The notes: generated from the letters alone by a model not told the origin. A stretch of DNA of 64,000 bases from Bacteriovoracia bacterium (GCA_046570105.1 JBKHVI010000001.1:115013-179012), one strand, 5' to 3'; numbered from the stretch's first letter, positions 39,620 through 49,817 are shown. Program-made: numbers and translations.

Positions 39620-39648
39620 TTGACAACTGACTAGAGTGGCCTTATAAA
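39620..39648 (+). promoter_or_regulatory. Sigma70 promoter of rplU-rpmA
   Basis: TTGACA-N17-TATAAA. Confidence 0.75.
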
Positions 39649-39722
39649 GTTCCACTAACTCATCTAGGGCGAAAAGCAGGGAACTCCCTCCCCGGCAGAT
39701 GGTTATTCTTTAAGGAGCTCTC

Positions 39723-40088
39723 ATGTACAGTGTCGTGGAAATCAAAGGCCACCAATACAAGGTGTCTCCCGGCGATCTTATCGATGTTGAAAAACTCGAT
39801 CTAGAAGAAGGGAAAACAGTAGAATTCGATCAAGTCCTCTTGATCGGTGGCGAGAAGACAATTGTTGGTTTGCCAACAGTTGCTGGCGCGAAAGTAACAG
39901 CTACGGTTGTTAAGCAAGGCCGCACTCGTAAAATTTTCGTTCTCAAGCGCGCACCTGGTTCATACCGTCGTAAAAACGGTCACCGCCAGTGTTTCACCGG
40001 CCTCGTGATCACAGAGATCAATGACGGCAAAGGTGGAAGTGCAAAAATCGATGCTGGCCACCAAAACGCCAAGCGTCTCAAGAAGTAA
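39723..40088 (+). CDS. rplU: 50S ribosomal protein L21
   Basis: MYSVVEIKGHQYKV..GHRQ. Confidence 0.96.
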   Translation: MYSVVEIKGHQYKVSPGDLIDVEKLDLEEGKTVEFDQVLLIGGEKTIVGLPTVAGAKVTATVVKQGRTRKIFVLKRAPGSYRRKNGHRQCFTGLVITEINDGKGGSAKIDAGHQNAKRLKK

Positions 40089-40111
40089 TTAAAGAATTAG
40101 GAGATTAGACC

Positions 40112-40366
40112 ATGGCACACAAGAAATCGGGTGGTTCGACCAGTAACGGCCGTGACTCAAACCCAAAATATCGTGGTGTAAAAAAGTTCGGTGGCGAAGT
40201 TGTTGAAACTGGCATGATTGTTATCCGCCAGAAAGGCACTAAGATTCACCCTGGCAAAAACGTACGTATGGGCCGTGACTTCACGATCTATGCTATGTGC
40301 CCAGGTAAAGTGAAATTCGCTTGGTTCACTAAGGACCAGAAGATCGTTTCAATCATCCCAGCATAA
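40112..40366 (+). CDS. rpmA: 50S ribosomal protein L27
   Basis: [16 protein letters not shown]. Confidence 0.98.
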   Translation: MAHKKSGGSTSNGRDSNPKYRGVKKFGGEVVETGMIVIRQKGTKIHPGKNVRMGRDFTIYAMCPGKVKFAWFTKDQKIVSIIPA

Positions 40367-40392
40367 TTTTCGGGATTATTTGAGTTATTTTC

Positions 40393-40425
40393 AAGGGAGC
40401 TTGGCGACAAGCTCCCTTTTTTTTT
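40393..40425 (+). terminator. Intrinsic terminator between rpmA and obgE
   Basis: AAGGGAGCTTG-gcga-CAAGCTCCCTT followed by a T run. Confidence 0.85.
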
Positions 40426-40439
40426 GTACAAAGCGCATC

Positions 40440-41444
40440 ATGAGATTCATCGACGAAGTAGAAATTATTATCCGCTCAGGCGACGGTGGTGCTGGCTGTG
40501 TAGGCTGGCGCCGTGAAAAATTCGTTCCTCGCGGGGGACCTGACGGCGGCAACGGCGGCCGTGGGGCTCACGTTATTTTCGTCGGGGATGAAAATTTCAA
40601 TACCCTCATGCACTTTCGCGGACAAAAAGTTTTCCGTGGTGATGACGGAGTTAAAGGCGCTGGCTCAGGTATGAACGGTGCCGCTGGTGAAGATCTCATC
40701 CTTCGCGTACCAGTCGGAACTCTCCTCTATCACCAAGAAACGGGTGAGTTGATCTGTGACATCTCAGAACACGGCCAGACTTATACGGCTTCAGAGGGTG
40801 GCCGCGGAGGACTCGGCAACGCATTCTTTCAGACTTCGACCAACCGCTCGCCACACTACGCTCAGAAAGGTGAACCGGGAGTAGAAATTCCTATTCGCTT
40901 GGAGCTGAAGCTCTTAGCTGATATCGCGCTCATCGGTCTACCAAATGCCGGCAAGAGCACGATGATTTCAACGATTCGTAATTCACGTCCTAAGATTGCA
41001 GATTATCCCTTCACTACTCTCGAGCCAAACCTAGGCGTAGTTTCAGTGGATAACGACAAGACTTTGGTGGTGGCTGATATTCCCGGATTGATCGAAGGGG
41101 CCTCTGAAGGCAAAGGTCTAGGTATCGCTTTCTTAAAGCATATCGAGCGCACCTCGGCCCTTGTTCACTTAATCGATTGTTCGATGTTTATTGAAGAATA
41201 CGAAGTGATGGAAGCCTACTCCACCATTCGTGATGAGCTCGGAAAATACGATGAAAGCCTGTTAAATAAACGTGAAATCGTCTGTTTAACTAAGATTGAT
41301 GCCATGACTGAAGACGAGATTGAAAAATTCCGCTCATTTATGGAAGAAAATCTTGATCGCCGCGTACTACCGGTATCTTCGATCTCAGGGCGTAACATTG
41401 ACCTCTTAAAGCGCCTGATGCTAAAGACCAAAGAAGAAGTTTAA
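40440..41444 (+). CDS. obgE: GTPase ObgE/CgtA
   Basis: MRFIDE, GGPDGGNGGRG, GLPNAGKST, YPFTT, DIPG and TKID motifs. Confidence 0.97.
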   Translation: MRFIDEVEIIIRSGDGGAGCVGWRREKFVPRGGPDGGNGGRGAHVIFVGDENFNTLMHFRGQKVFRGDDGVKGAGSGMNGAAGEDLILRVPVGTLLYHQETGELICDISEHGQTYTASEGGRGGLGNAFFQTSTNRSPHYAQKGEPGVEIPIRLELKLLADIALIGLPNAGKSTMISTIRNSRPKIADYPFTTLEPNLGVVSVDNDKTLVVADIPGLIEGASEGKGLGIAFLKHIERTSALVHLIDCSMFIEEYEVMEAYSTIRDELGKYDESLLNKREIVCLTKIDAMTEDEIEKFRSFMEENLDRRVLPVSSISGRNIDLLKRLMLKTKEEV

Positions 41445-41456
41445 GAAAGGACACCC

Positions 41457-41918
41457 GTGGCTAACGAATTTTTGAAGAATGAAATCCAGAATATCCTTAA
41501 TGATAAGCGCTGGGCTTTTCCATTGAATCACGCCATGGCGGCCACTTATGTGCTGGCCCACTACAAAGGTGAGAATCTTAAAGTTTTCGATATGCAGAAT
41601 GGCTCAGCGATGTGTGACTACAACATTGTCGCGACAGCACAAAACCCGATGCAAGCACGCGCGATGGCCGACGAAATTGGCCGTCAGTTCCGCGAAATGG
41701 GTACCGAAATTATTTCTTTCGAAGGTTATGGTTCAGCTGATTGGATCTTGCTAGATACTGGTGACGTGATCACTCACATCTTCCAAGAAAATACCCGCTC
41801 GGCCTATGACCTCGACCATGTCTTCGGCGATCGCCCACACGTTAAAATTCCTGACGAATTCTACTTCGCAGGCGCCGCCGCTCCAAAAGCTGAAGAGACC
41901 CTCAAAGGGTTCTTCTAA
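41457..41918 (+). CDS. rsfS: Ribosome silencing factor RsfS (Iojap)
   Basis: KGENL..DY.IVAT..WILLDTGDVITHIF..R..YDL. Confidence 0.9.
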   Translation: MANEFLKNEIQNILNDKRWAFPLNHAMAATYVLAHYKGENLKVFDMQNGSAMCDYNIVATAQNPMQARAMADEIGRQFREMGTEIISFEGYGSADWILLDTGDVITHIFQENTRSAYDLDHVFGDRPHVKIPDEFYFAGAAAPKAEETLKGFF

Positions 41919-41920
41919 GC

Positions 41921-42370
41921 TTGAAGGCCTTTCATCTTATCTGTGTCGGCAAACTCAAAGACGCCTCCCTTGAGGCGATCGAGAACGACTACTTTAAGCG
42001 CCTGAACAATCCTCCTCTCCAAATTCATGAACTCAAGGCCTCAGCTGAAAATAAAGAAGCTGAGGGCGAAGTCATTCTCAAAAAGCTCAAAGACTTGGGT
42101 GATACCCATCGAGTCGCCATGACTGAATGGGGCAAACGTTATACTTCAGTGGATTTTGCAAAGTGGACAGAGAAGCTACTCGAGCGGCCGGCCAAGACGG
42201 TATTCATTATCGCCGGCGCGGAAGGCTTCTCCGACGCAGTGCTGAGTTCATGCCAGGAACGATTATCGCTCTCGGAGCTGACATTTCCTCATAAACTAGC
42301 GAGAATTCTACTCGTGGAGCAGCTCTACCGCGCTCAAACGTTGCGTACAGGGCATCCCTACCACAACTAG
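41921..42370 (+). CDS. rlmH: 23S rRNA m3Psi1915 methyltransferase
   Basis: VGKLK, LSELTFPHKLAR, EQLYRA and GHPYH motifs. Confidence 0.95.
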   Translation: MKAFHLICVGKLKDASLEAIENDYFKRLNNPPLQIHELKASAENKEAEGEVILKKLKDLGDTHRVAMTEWGKRYTSVDFAKWTEKLLERPAKTVFIIAGAEGFSDAVLSSCQERLSLSELTFPHKLARILLVEQLYRAQTLRTGHPYHN

Positions 42371-42379
42371 GGGATCGTT

Positions 42380-43912
42380 ATGTCTTCCATTCAATCTTTA
42401 AGTAAGCGTGCACTCCTTTGCATCTTTGATGGCTTCGGTCTGCAATCGGCCGATTTAAAAAACGCCATTCTTCACGCCAAGAAACCTACTTTCGATCATG
42501 TCTTCGCGACTTATCCGATGACCACTATTCAGGCCGGCGGTGAGCCGGTGGGTCTTCCCAAAGGCGTGGCGGGAAATTCTGAAGTCGGTCATTTGAATTT
42601 GGGTGCAGGTCGCCCTGTTCGTCAGGACTTAGTGCGAATCAACGAAGCGATTACGCTGAACACCTTTAAAGACATGCCTCGCTGGAAAGAGCTGATTGAG
42701 TTTGCTCGCAAAACTAAACGTCTGCATCTCTTGGGTCTTTTGTCAGATGGTGGTGTGCACTCACACATTGAGCATCTGAAACATATTCTTTCGCTTTTAA
42801 AAAACGAAGGCATTCAAGTTTATCTACATGCCTTTATGGATGGACGAGACACCGGCAAAGATAAAGGCGTGAATTATCTCGCCGATATCTTGGCTTTTGG
42901 CGGATGTAAATTTGCCTCCATGCAAGGCCGCTCGATTGGCATGGATCGTGACCGTCGTTGGGAAAAGATTCAAGCAGCGATGGATATGATGATCGGAGAT
43001 AAGATCACTACAACTGATCCTCTAACTTATCTTAAGAGTGAATACGCCAAAGGTCTCTTTGATGAATTCATTACGCCTGCGCTCTTTGATAAAGACGGCG
43101 CCATTAAAACTGGCGACGCTGTCTTCTTTTTTAACTTCCGTCCAGATCGGGCTCGTCAGATCTCTCTCGCTTTTAACGAGAAAGGCTTTAAAGAATTTCC
43201 AATTAAAGTGAAACCCGGCATGTGGCTTTGCATGAGCCCTTATGTACAAGACGAGATTCCTGATTTACCGATTCTCTTTGATAAAGAAAAAATCCAAGGA
43301 ACTCTCGCCCACTACATTTCCACCTTAGGCTTAAAGCAATTTAAAATTGCTGAAACCGAGAAGTATGCTCACGTGACTTACTTCTTCAACGGTGGTGAAA
43401 CCCAAGCTTTCCCTGGTGAAGAGCGTCTCTTGATTCCTTCTCCGCGCGAAGTGGCGACCTACGATCTAAAACCACAAATGAGTGCACCGGAAGTTTGTGA
43501 CAATCTCGTCGCGAAACTGGCGGATCATTCTATCTCCCTTTATGTGGTGAACTTCGCTAATTGCGATATGGTTGGCCACACCGGCAATTATGAAGCGGCA
43601 GTGAAAGCTGTCGAAACAGTCGATCAGTGTCTCGCTCGTTTAGTGGATGCTTGTGCGAAAGAAGATGTCACCCTCTTGGTGACGGCTGATCATGGTAATG
43701 CCGATCAGATGATTTATCCGGATGGCTCGGTTCATACTTCTCACTCTGATGCGGAAGTCCCCTTTGTCATCATTCATCCCAAACTTAAAAATGTTAAAAT
43801 CGCATCACGAGTGGCCTCTGATTTGGCGCTCAAGGATGTGGCCCCCACCATTCTCAAAGTGATGGGGATTGATAAACCTAAAGACTTCTCTGGTGAGGCG
43901 GTGTTTCCATGA
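42380..43912 (+). CDS. gpmI: 2,3-bisphosphoglycerate-independent phosphoglycerate mutase
   Basis: GNSEVGH, SDGGVHSH, AETEKYAHVT, DMVGHTG and TADHGN motifs. Confidence 0.97.
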   Translation: MSSIQSLSKRALLCIFDGFGLQSADLKNAILHAKKPTFDHVFATYPMTTIQAGGEPVGLPKGVAGNSEVGHLNLGAGRPVRQDLVRINEAITLNTFKDMPRWKELIEFARKTKRLHLLGLLSDGGVHSHIEHLKHILSLLKNEGIQVYLHAFMDGRDTGKDKGVNYLADILAFGGCKFASMQGRSIGMDRDRRWEKIQAAMDMMIGDKITTTDPLTYLKSEYAKGLFDEFITPALFDKDGAIKTGDAVFFFNFRPDRARQISLAFNEKGFKEFPIKVKPGMWLCMSPYVQDEIPDLPILFDKEKIQGTLAHYISTLGLKQFKIAETEKYAHVTYFFNGGETQAFPGEERLLIPSPREVATYDLKPQMSAPEVCDNLVAKLADHSISLYVVNFANCDMVGHTGNYEAAVKAVETVDQCLARLVDACAKEDVTLLVTADHGNADQMIYPDGSVHTSHSDAEVPFVIIHPKLKNVKIASRVASDLALKDVAPTILKVMGIDKPKDFSGEAVFP

Positions 43913-44874
43913 AAATAGCTCTTTTATGCTCTGGCGGCGACGCTCCTGGAATGAACTGTGCCATCCGTGCCGTCGTCAGAACGGCGATTTTTCACGGCCA
44001 TAAAGTCTTAGGGATCAAACGCGGCTACGCAGGCCTTTTGCGTGGTGAATTCCAAGATATGAGTCTCTCTTCTGTTGGTAATATCATTCAGCGTGGTGGA
44101 ACAGTCCTACAAACTTCACGCTGTCCAGAATGGATGAAGCCGGAATATCGCGCTAAAGGTGCTGAGATTTTGCGCGCGCAAGGAGTCGATGGTCTCATCG
44201 TTATTGGTGGTGATGGATCTTTTAACGGTGCGAACGCACTCTCCAGCGAACACGGTTTTCCGATTATCGGTATTCCCGGAACAATTGATAACGACATCAG
44301 CGGCACTGAGTACACCATCGGGTTTGACACCGCCGTGCAAACCGCGATTGAAGCCATTGACCGCATTCGTGATACCGCTCACTCGCACGCGAGAACATTT
44401 CTCGTCGAAGTCATGGGCCGAAACTCCGCCGCCATCGCCCTTAAAGTGGGTGTGTGTACTGGTGCTGAGAACGTCCTACTCCCTCACGATCAAATTCCTT
44501 TGCAAAAAATCGTCGACGATATCCAGCGCGGAGTCGCTCGTGGCAAAGACTCATCAATCATCGTCGTAGCCGAGGGTCCTGTTTCTGGCCGCTCTTATGA
44601 AATACAAAAAGAACTTAAAGCGAAGCATCAACTCGACGCTCACGTTTGTATCTTGGGCCATATTCAGCGCGGTGGCTCACCAACATCCAACGATCGCTTT
44701 ATTGCCTCACAAATGGGTTCTCTCGCGGTAGAAGCTATCATTGCAGGCAAAACTGGTAAAGTGACTGTCGTGCAAAAAGGCGTGGTCACACTTGAAGAAC
44801 TCTCCAAGTGCACCCTCAAAAACGACGTCGGCTTCACTGAATTTAAAGAGCTGGCAGAGAAACTTTCGATTTAG
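43909..44874 (+). CDS. pfkA: ATP-dependent 6-phosphofructokinase
   Basis: SGGDAPGMN, IGGDGS, PGTIDND, EVMGR and GHIQRGG motifs. Confidence 0.97.
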   Translation: MKIALLCSGGDAPGMNCAIRAVVRTAIFHGHKVLGIKRGYAGLLRGEFQDMSLSSVGNIIQRGGTVLQTSRCPEWMKPEYRAKGAEILRAQGVDGLIVIGGDGSFNGANALSSEHGFPIIGIPGTIDNDISGTEYTIGFDTAVQTAIEAIDRIRDTAHSHARTFLVEVMGRNSAAIALKVGVCTGAENVLLPHDQIPLQKIVDDIQRGVARGKDSSIIVVAEGPVSGRSYEIQKELKAKHQLDAHVCILGHIQRGGSPTSNDRFIASQMGSLAVEAIIAGKTGKVTVVQKGVVTLEELSKCTLKNDVGFTEFKELAEKLSI

Positions 44875-44878
44875 AAAA

Positions 44879-45277
44879 TTACGCAAGTAAGGGACTTGAG
44901 GATTTTTTAGTTCTCAAATCTGTCTCAAGAGCAGCCGCTTTCTTGCTAGCTTCATTGAAAATCGTATTCAGGTGAATATTGGCACCTTGTCGTATTAACG
45001 ATTCAACCATACCCAAAAGTCTTTCAATCGAAAAAAAATCAAGCTGATATGAACAAATCTTACTTATCTCAGATTTATTAACTTCAATAGCAGCTCCAAT
45101 CTCGGATTGAGTAAGCCCACTCTTTTTTTTATACTTAACAATTTCTGAGCAGAGCATATATTTCATAATATTTGCAGAAGATTTCAACCCCGGGATATGA
45201 ACTGGCTTAATCTCTCCAGATTCAACTTTTTTATTAATCTCTTTTTCTTCTTTTGAAAGATAATTTCTTTTTTTCAT
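44879..45277 (-). CDS. XRE-family HTH protein (HigA-like, no adjacent toxin)
   Basis: GLTQSEIGAAIEVNKSEISKI..FSIERL; AT-rich. Confidence 0.75.
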   Translation of the reverse strand: MKKRNYLSKEEKEINKKVESGEIKPVHIPGLKSSANIMKYMLCSEIVKYKKKSGLTQSEIGAAIEVNKSEISKICSYQLDFFSIERLLGMVESLIRQGANIHLNTIFNEASKKAAALETDLRTKKSSSPLLA

Positions 45278-45304
45278 ATAATCCTATTTCAATGAAGTAT
45301 AGCA

Positions 45305-45326
45305 CGGTTGAGTAATTACTCAACCG
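45305..45326. promoter_or_regulatory. Perfect 22-bp palindrome over the HTH gene promoter
   Basis: CGGTTGAGTAATTACTCAACCG; minus-strand TTGAGT-N16-TATACT overlaps it. Confidence 0.65.
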
Positions 45327-45354
45327 CGTTAACTCATCCCTAAATATGGAACTT

Positions 45355-45846
45355 TTAAGAAAATCGTAAATCCGGAATATGCCCCAAGAGCTCTTTCGGA
45401 TCGATACAAGGTACTTCGATGCCTTCGGGTGGATGACCTAAGAGTAGCCATTTTGAATCACGAGTGATCTGCGAAAGATTTCGATCGACCTTGCCGAACA
45501 CATCACCAGACGGCGTGATATTTCCCACCACCATACAGTTATCCAAGCGGCCCATACGAATATGGCCCGCCAGATACCAGTACAGCATCAAGACCGGTAG
45601 ATCGAGCCAGCGAAGCACTGCTGGATCAGTGTCCAGGTCATATTCACTACTGATGACATAACGATTCAAAGGGATCTGTAGCTGTCGAGATCGCGTGAGA
45701 AAAATGATCTTCTCTTTAAGTGTTTTGCCATATTTTCCCAGACCATTAATCTCAAGGCCTGGAACGGATTTACTGGCGTAACCAAAAAGTGTGACAGGTG
45801 TGGGCGAGCGAGTTGAAAAAGCATAAGACTGAATTTGTGTTTCCAT
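45355..45846 (-). CDS. Hypothetical protein resembling the isolated N-terminal (ChlI/Lon-like) domain of ComM/YifB
   Basis: PGLEINGLG..KEKI..LDLPV..GNITPSG pattern; RBS GGAGG before ATG 45846. Confidence 0.45.
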   Translation of the reverse strand: METQIQSYAFSTRSPTPVTLFGYASKSVPGLEINGLGKYGKTLKEKIIFLTRSRQLQIPLNRYVISSEYDLDTDPAVLRWLDLPVLMLYWYLAGHIRMGRLDNCMVVGNITPSGDVFGKVDRNLSQITRDSKWLLLGHPPEGIEVPCIDPKELLGHIPDLRFS

Positions 45847-45967
45847 AGTTCCTCCAAGTCCAAGACTTGCGAGCACCATGCCAACACTCAAAATCATAAA
45901 GCATCGGAAAAACTAAACCTGGAAATGGCAGAGAGGAAAAAAACGGACAGCATGTGGGGAATTTTTT

Positions 45968-46495
45968 CTAGTGGCAGCGATTCGGTTGGAGTACTAAAAC
46001 TTCTGCATTCACGAGATCAACGACAACCGCATAGCTTGCAGGCCCGAGTGAATTTTCATGCTCACCCACGAAGAAGAGGAAATCACCGCGGAAAGTTCCC
46101 AAGATCGCCTTGAATGAGCCCACACGACGAGCATCTTCACGCGAGAGTTCACGAACATTTGCTGAGAACGCACTTTCCACAAAACTTTCCATCCCTGGAA
46201 CTGTTTTGAGATCTACCAACTTTGCTCTTACTCCACTTGCAGGTGCATTCACACCAGTGTTCGTGAAATAGACCGCCTGGCGAACAGTGTTTTCCCACTT
46301 TTCGTTCAAGCGTCGCGCAGCTATTTGCAGAAATCCGCGCGATCCGCATTCGTTGTATAAATGATCTAACCCCTTGTGGATTTCCGCCGCTCTCATTAAA
46401 CGCTCTTCCGCTAATCCGTTCACGCCCACAAAACTGGCCGCGTAGGCATTCTGCCAAAGGACTAAAGTTAGAATGAGTAATAAGAAAGGTTTCAT
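45968..46495 (-). CDS. Secreted hypothetical protein
   Basis: Signal peptide MKPFLLL..AYA. Confidence 0.65.
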   Translation of the reverse strand: MKPFLLLILTLVLWQNAYAASFVGVNGLAEERLMRAAEIHKGLDHLYNECGSRGFLQIAARRLNEKWENTVRQAVYFTNTGVNAPASGVRAKLVDLKTVPGMESFVESAFSANVRELSREDARRVGSFKAILGTFRGDFLFFVGEHENSLGPASYAVVVDLVNAEVLVLQPNRCH

Positions 46496-46568
46496 CGACC
46501 CGGAATATAGGCCAGATGAAACCTTTGAAGAATAGTAAGAATCAGAGTGCTGCAATCTAAAAATTAGA

Positions 46569-47828
46569 TCAACCTGGCCACATACCTCTCAAACGCATCG
46601 CTGCCTGAAGACGATCTAAAGAAGCGATGAATGCGGCCTGCTTCATATTGCAGTTGTACTTCTTTTGCGTCTGCATGACGCGATCGAAGGCCTGCTTCAT
46701 GACATCGTGGAGTTTTTTGTTAACTGTCTCGAGATCCCAGAAGAAGCTGGCGATACCTTGCACCCACTCGAAGTAGGAAACAATCACACCACCCGAGTTA
46801 CAAAGAATATCCGGGATAATGAAAACACCTTTGTCGGTGAGATACTCTACTGCTTCTTTAGTCATCGGTCCGTTGGCACCTTCAGCAATCATGCGCGCTT
46901 TAATCGTGTGCATATTCTTATTAGTAATCACGCCATCAATCGCTGCTGGAGCAAGAATATCTACATCGAGAGCGAAGAGCTCATCATTGGTAATAGAATC
47001 GGCTTCAGGATATCCCTGAAGATTGCGATTCTTTTTAATATAATCAACGACTGAAGGGATATTGAGTCCTTTCTTGTCATACACACCACCGGTGTAATCA
47101 GAGACGGCCACAATCTTCGCCCCTTGGTGATAGAGATCTTGAGCAGCAGGAATACCCACTTTACCAAAACCATGAATCGCCACTGTCGTTTCAGAGGTAA
47201 TTTTTTTACCTAGATGGTCGTAAGCAAAATTCACACAGTAAGCGAGACCCTTACCAGTCGCCTCAGAGCGACCAAGTGATCCACTTACTGCAATAGGCTT
47301 ACCTGTCACAACACCAGGAATGGCATAACCGTGCATCTGTGAGTAAGTATCCATCATCCACGCCATCGTCTGGCCGTCAGTGCCGATATCAGGAGCAGGA
47401 ATATCTTTTTCAGGGCCGATAATCATCGAGATCTCAGTCGTATAACGACGAGTCATCGCCTGCAATTCAGCACGAGACAAATCGTTCGGATCAACTTTAA
47501 TTCCACCCTTCGCTCCACCGAGTGGTAAACCGACTAGTGAGTTTTTAAAAGTCATGAGCATAGCGAGTGCCGCTGTTTCTGAAAGATCGGTATGAGGGTG
47601 AAAGCGCACACCACCTTTACCTGGGCCCAAAGTCATATTGTGCTGAACACGATAGCCTTCAAATACCTTCACCGTTCCGTCATCAAGACGAACCGGAACA
47701 GAAACCTGCAAAGCACGCTTTGGATATTTCATACGCTCGAGTACGTTTGGATCCATATTCATGATCCCTCCCGCACTTTCAAGCTGCGAAAAAGAATCTT
47801 TAAAAAACGGATTGTCGAATAGACTCAT
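46569..47828 (-). CDS. gdhA: Glu/Leu/Phe/Val dehydrogenase, most likely glutamate dehydrogenase
   Basis: GPGKGGVRF, GGAKGG, DIPAPD, VTGKP, GFGKVG, EGANGP and SYFEWVQ motifs. Confidence 0.93.
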   Translation of the reverse strand: MSLFDNPFFKDSFSQLESAGGIMNMDPNVLERMKYPKRALQVSVPVRLDDGTVKVFEGYRVQHNMTLGPGKGGVRFHPHTDLSETAALAMLMTFKNSLVGLPLGGAKGGIKVDPNDLSRAELQAMTRRYTTEISMIIGPEKDIPAPDIGTDGQTMAWMMDTYSQMHGYAIPGVVTGKPIAVSGSLGRSEATGKGLAYCVNFAYDHLGKKITSETTVAIHGFGKVGIPAAQDLYHQGAKIVAVSDYTGGVYDKKGLNIPSVVDYIKKNRNLQGYPEADSITNDELFALDVDILAPAAIDGVITNKNMHTIKARMIAEGANGPMTKEAVEYLTDKGVFIIPDILCNSGGVIVSYFEWVQGIASFFWDLETVNKKLHDVMKQAFDRVMQTQKKYNCNMKQAAFIASLDRLQAAMRLRGMWPG

Positions 47829-47909
47829 GGCCACTCCTAAAAATGTAAGTGGCGGCATGATAAACCATGCGCTCGGAGTCAGGCCAGAGAGTCGCAGCGC
47901 AGCACTGAT

Positions 47910-48803
47910 TTAAAACTCTGTCCCGTAGATAAGCTGGAAGCGGGTATCTTCTGAAAAAGCCGAATCGGTCAGTGCACGATTCTTTACTGGCTTTCTCGTA
48001 TTGATAATTCGAGCTCTAAGACCTGGATAACCTAGGTTTTGGTCAATTGACGCAAGTGAGCGTCCATCATGTACGAAGTAGTTACCTTGGATTCGTGTAC
48101 CAGTCTGATCAAAAGTTTTCTGCACGTTCATTTCGGCTTCACCGTTAATACCCACCCAAGCGCGAGCATCAATCGGGCCTGATATACGAACAATCAGCAT
48201 ACCCTGCTCAGGGCGAGGCTGGATGTTGAAGCGAAATTTCTTAGTTTTTGCGACCTGTTTTTCGCGCAAAGATTTCGGTAGAGCAATACCCGTTCGAGTT
48301 TTATTGGTGGTGGCCTTGAAAGCCGCTTCCATCTCATCAATCGAGTCAAGCTCATCACTCGCCGTCCAGCCGTTGAGGATATCTTGGCCTTCCTCTTTGA
48401 ATGGGTCTTCGCCTTTCTTCTTCAAATAACGGAAGTAGCTTCGTTCGATAAGTTTAAATTTCTCTTCGTTGGTAGGAACGAAATAAAGGCTCCCCACCGA
48501 CTGAGTATCAAGGCCATATTGCTGGGCCATCAATTCGTTTTCTTGCCAAATTTTGATCTGGCGTTGAACGTTACTGTTTTTGCTAAATTGAGGGTCATTC
48601 AAAAAGTGCTTATCATAAAAGCCCATTTCCGCATCAACCGGCACCACGATGACGTCGTCATTGGGGACATAACTCGCAGGTTTACGGCCTGCCATTTGTG
48701 GCTTTTGTTCCTGGGCGATCGATACTGATCCGAACATCAGGACACAGGCACATAAGTGTCGAATGTTTAGACGTATACCGTTGGATGTCGAAAACTTACT
48801 CAT
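47910..48803 (-). CDS. Secreted hypothetical protein (possible OM protein)
   Basis: Signal-like N-terminus, RKPAS motif typical of Bdellovibrionota exported proteins, C-terminal Phe. Confidence 0.7.
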   Translation of the reverse strand: MSKFSTSNGIRLNIRHLCACVLMFGSVSIAQEQKPQMAGRKPASYVPNDDVIVVPVDAEMGFYDKHFLNDPQFSKNSNVQRQIKIWQENELMAQQYGLDTQSVGSLYFVPTNEEKFKLIERSYFRYLKKKGEDPFKEEGQDILNGWTASDELDSIDEMEAAFKATTNKTRTGIALPKSLREKQVAKTKKFRFNIQPRPEQGMLIVRISGPIDARAWVGINGEAEMNVQKTFDQTGTRIQGNYFVHDGRSLASIDQNLGYPGLRARIINTRKPVKNRALTDSAFSEDTRFQLIYGTEF

Positions 48804-48883
48804 AATCCCCTCTTTATCCCTAGTCTAAACCCTTGATTTTACATCCTGTATTCGGGGGTTTAATGACTTATACCTAGAGATAG

Positions 48884-48900
48884 AGCAAGGGGTGTGCCAA
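48884..48900 (-). promoter_or_regulatory. Sigma54 -24/-12 promoter
   Basis: Minus-strand TTGGCAC-ACCCC-TTGCT, exact consensus. Confidence 0.75.
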
Positions 48901-48924
48901 GAGAGGTTTTACGTAGAAGCAAAT

Positions 48925-48949
48925 AAAAAGGCCCCTCGAAAGGGGCCCT
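48925..48949 (-). terminator. Terminator of parAB
   Basis: GGCCCCT-ttcg-AGGGGCC followed by a T run on the minus strand. Confidence 0.75.
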
Positions 48950-48974
48950 ATATCTTCCATCCGTGGAAGCTGCA

Positions 48975-49817
48975 TTACTGCAGAGTCGTTTCCTTGATCA
49001 ATTGTTTCATCATAGCGCGAGCTTTTGCCTGGAACTTTGGATCTTTCAACTGTGACTTCATTTCTTTCATCAAGTGATCCATGGCATTGGGCGATTTTTT
49101 CTGTTTGGCGTAGTTATGCAGAGAGAGCTGACGCTTTAACTGAATACGCTTGGTGACTTCGCCTGAGAGAACTTTAGAGCGAAGATCGTCTTTCATCTGA
49201 CCTTTCGGAAGTTCGTCCCACTCGAGTAGCACGTACTTTTCAGTATTGAACTTCTTAGCGGCTTCTTTCATGTCTTTTGGCATTTTGGCGATCTGCAAAC
49301 AGCGGTGAACTTCTGATTTTGAAATTCCCAAAGAAGCCGTGATCTTGCGTTCTGATGCGCCCGTCAATTTCTGGTAACCAAAAATTGAGTCCGCTTGGTC
49401 GATATAGTGCAGATCTTCGCGCGCTTGGTTTTCTGAGAACTGAATGGCCATCAATTCTTCAGGTGATTTGTCTTCGAGGATGAAACAGGGAGCGTTTTCC
49501 ATGTTGATCAAACTCATGGCGCGGAAACGGCGCTCACCACAAATCAAAACAAACTTATTACCTTCACGGTGAATGACCAAAGGTTGGATCAAACCGTTTT
49601 CTTTAATGTTGTCGGCCAACTCGCGCAGGCTGTCGTCATTGAACTTGGTACGAACCTGATCACGAACGACAATATCACTCAAAGAGATATGGTCGAGCTG
49701 AGCACCACGGAGCAATTTTTGGTCATGGAGACGTAAAACTTTTTCGTCAACATTTGCGGTGTTGTCGAAAACTTTGCGATCTTTTTTCCCTAAACGGGCG
49801 GCAAATTCCTTGGCCAT
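48975..49817 (-). CDS. ParB/Spo0J-family protein
   Basis: QVRTKF..LADNIKENGLIQP, CGERRFRA and SENQAREDL motifs, plus HTH. Confidence 0.9.
   Translation of the reverse strand: MAKEFAARLGKKDRKVFDNTANVDEKVLRLHDQKLLRGAQLDHISLSDIVVRDQVRTKFNDDSLRELADNIKENGLIQPLVIHREGNKFVLICGERRFRAMSLINMENAPCFILEDKSPEELMAIQFSENQAREDLHYIDQADSIFGYQKLTGASERKITASLGISKSEVHRCLQIAKMPKDMKEAAKKFNTEKYVLLEWDELPKGQMKDDLRSKVLSGEVTKRIQLKRQLSLHNYAKQKKSPNAMDHLMKEMKSQLKDPKFQAKARAMMKQLIKETTLQ

Noticed and set aside
40380..40439. N-terminal extension of ObgE in the ORF track
   Set aside because: It runs through the rpmA terminator; the conserved start is MRFIDE at 40440
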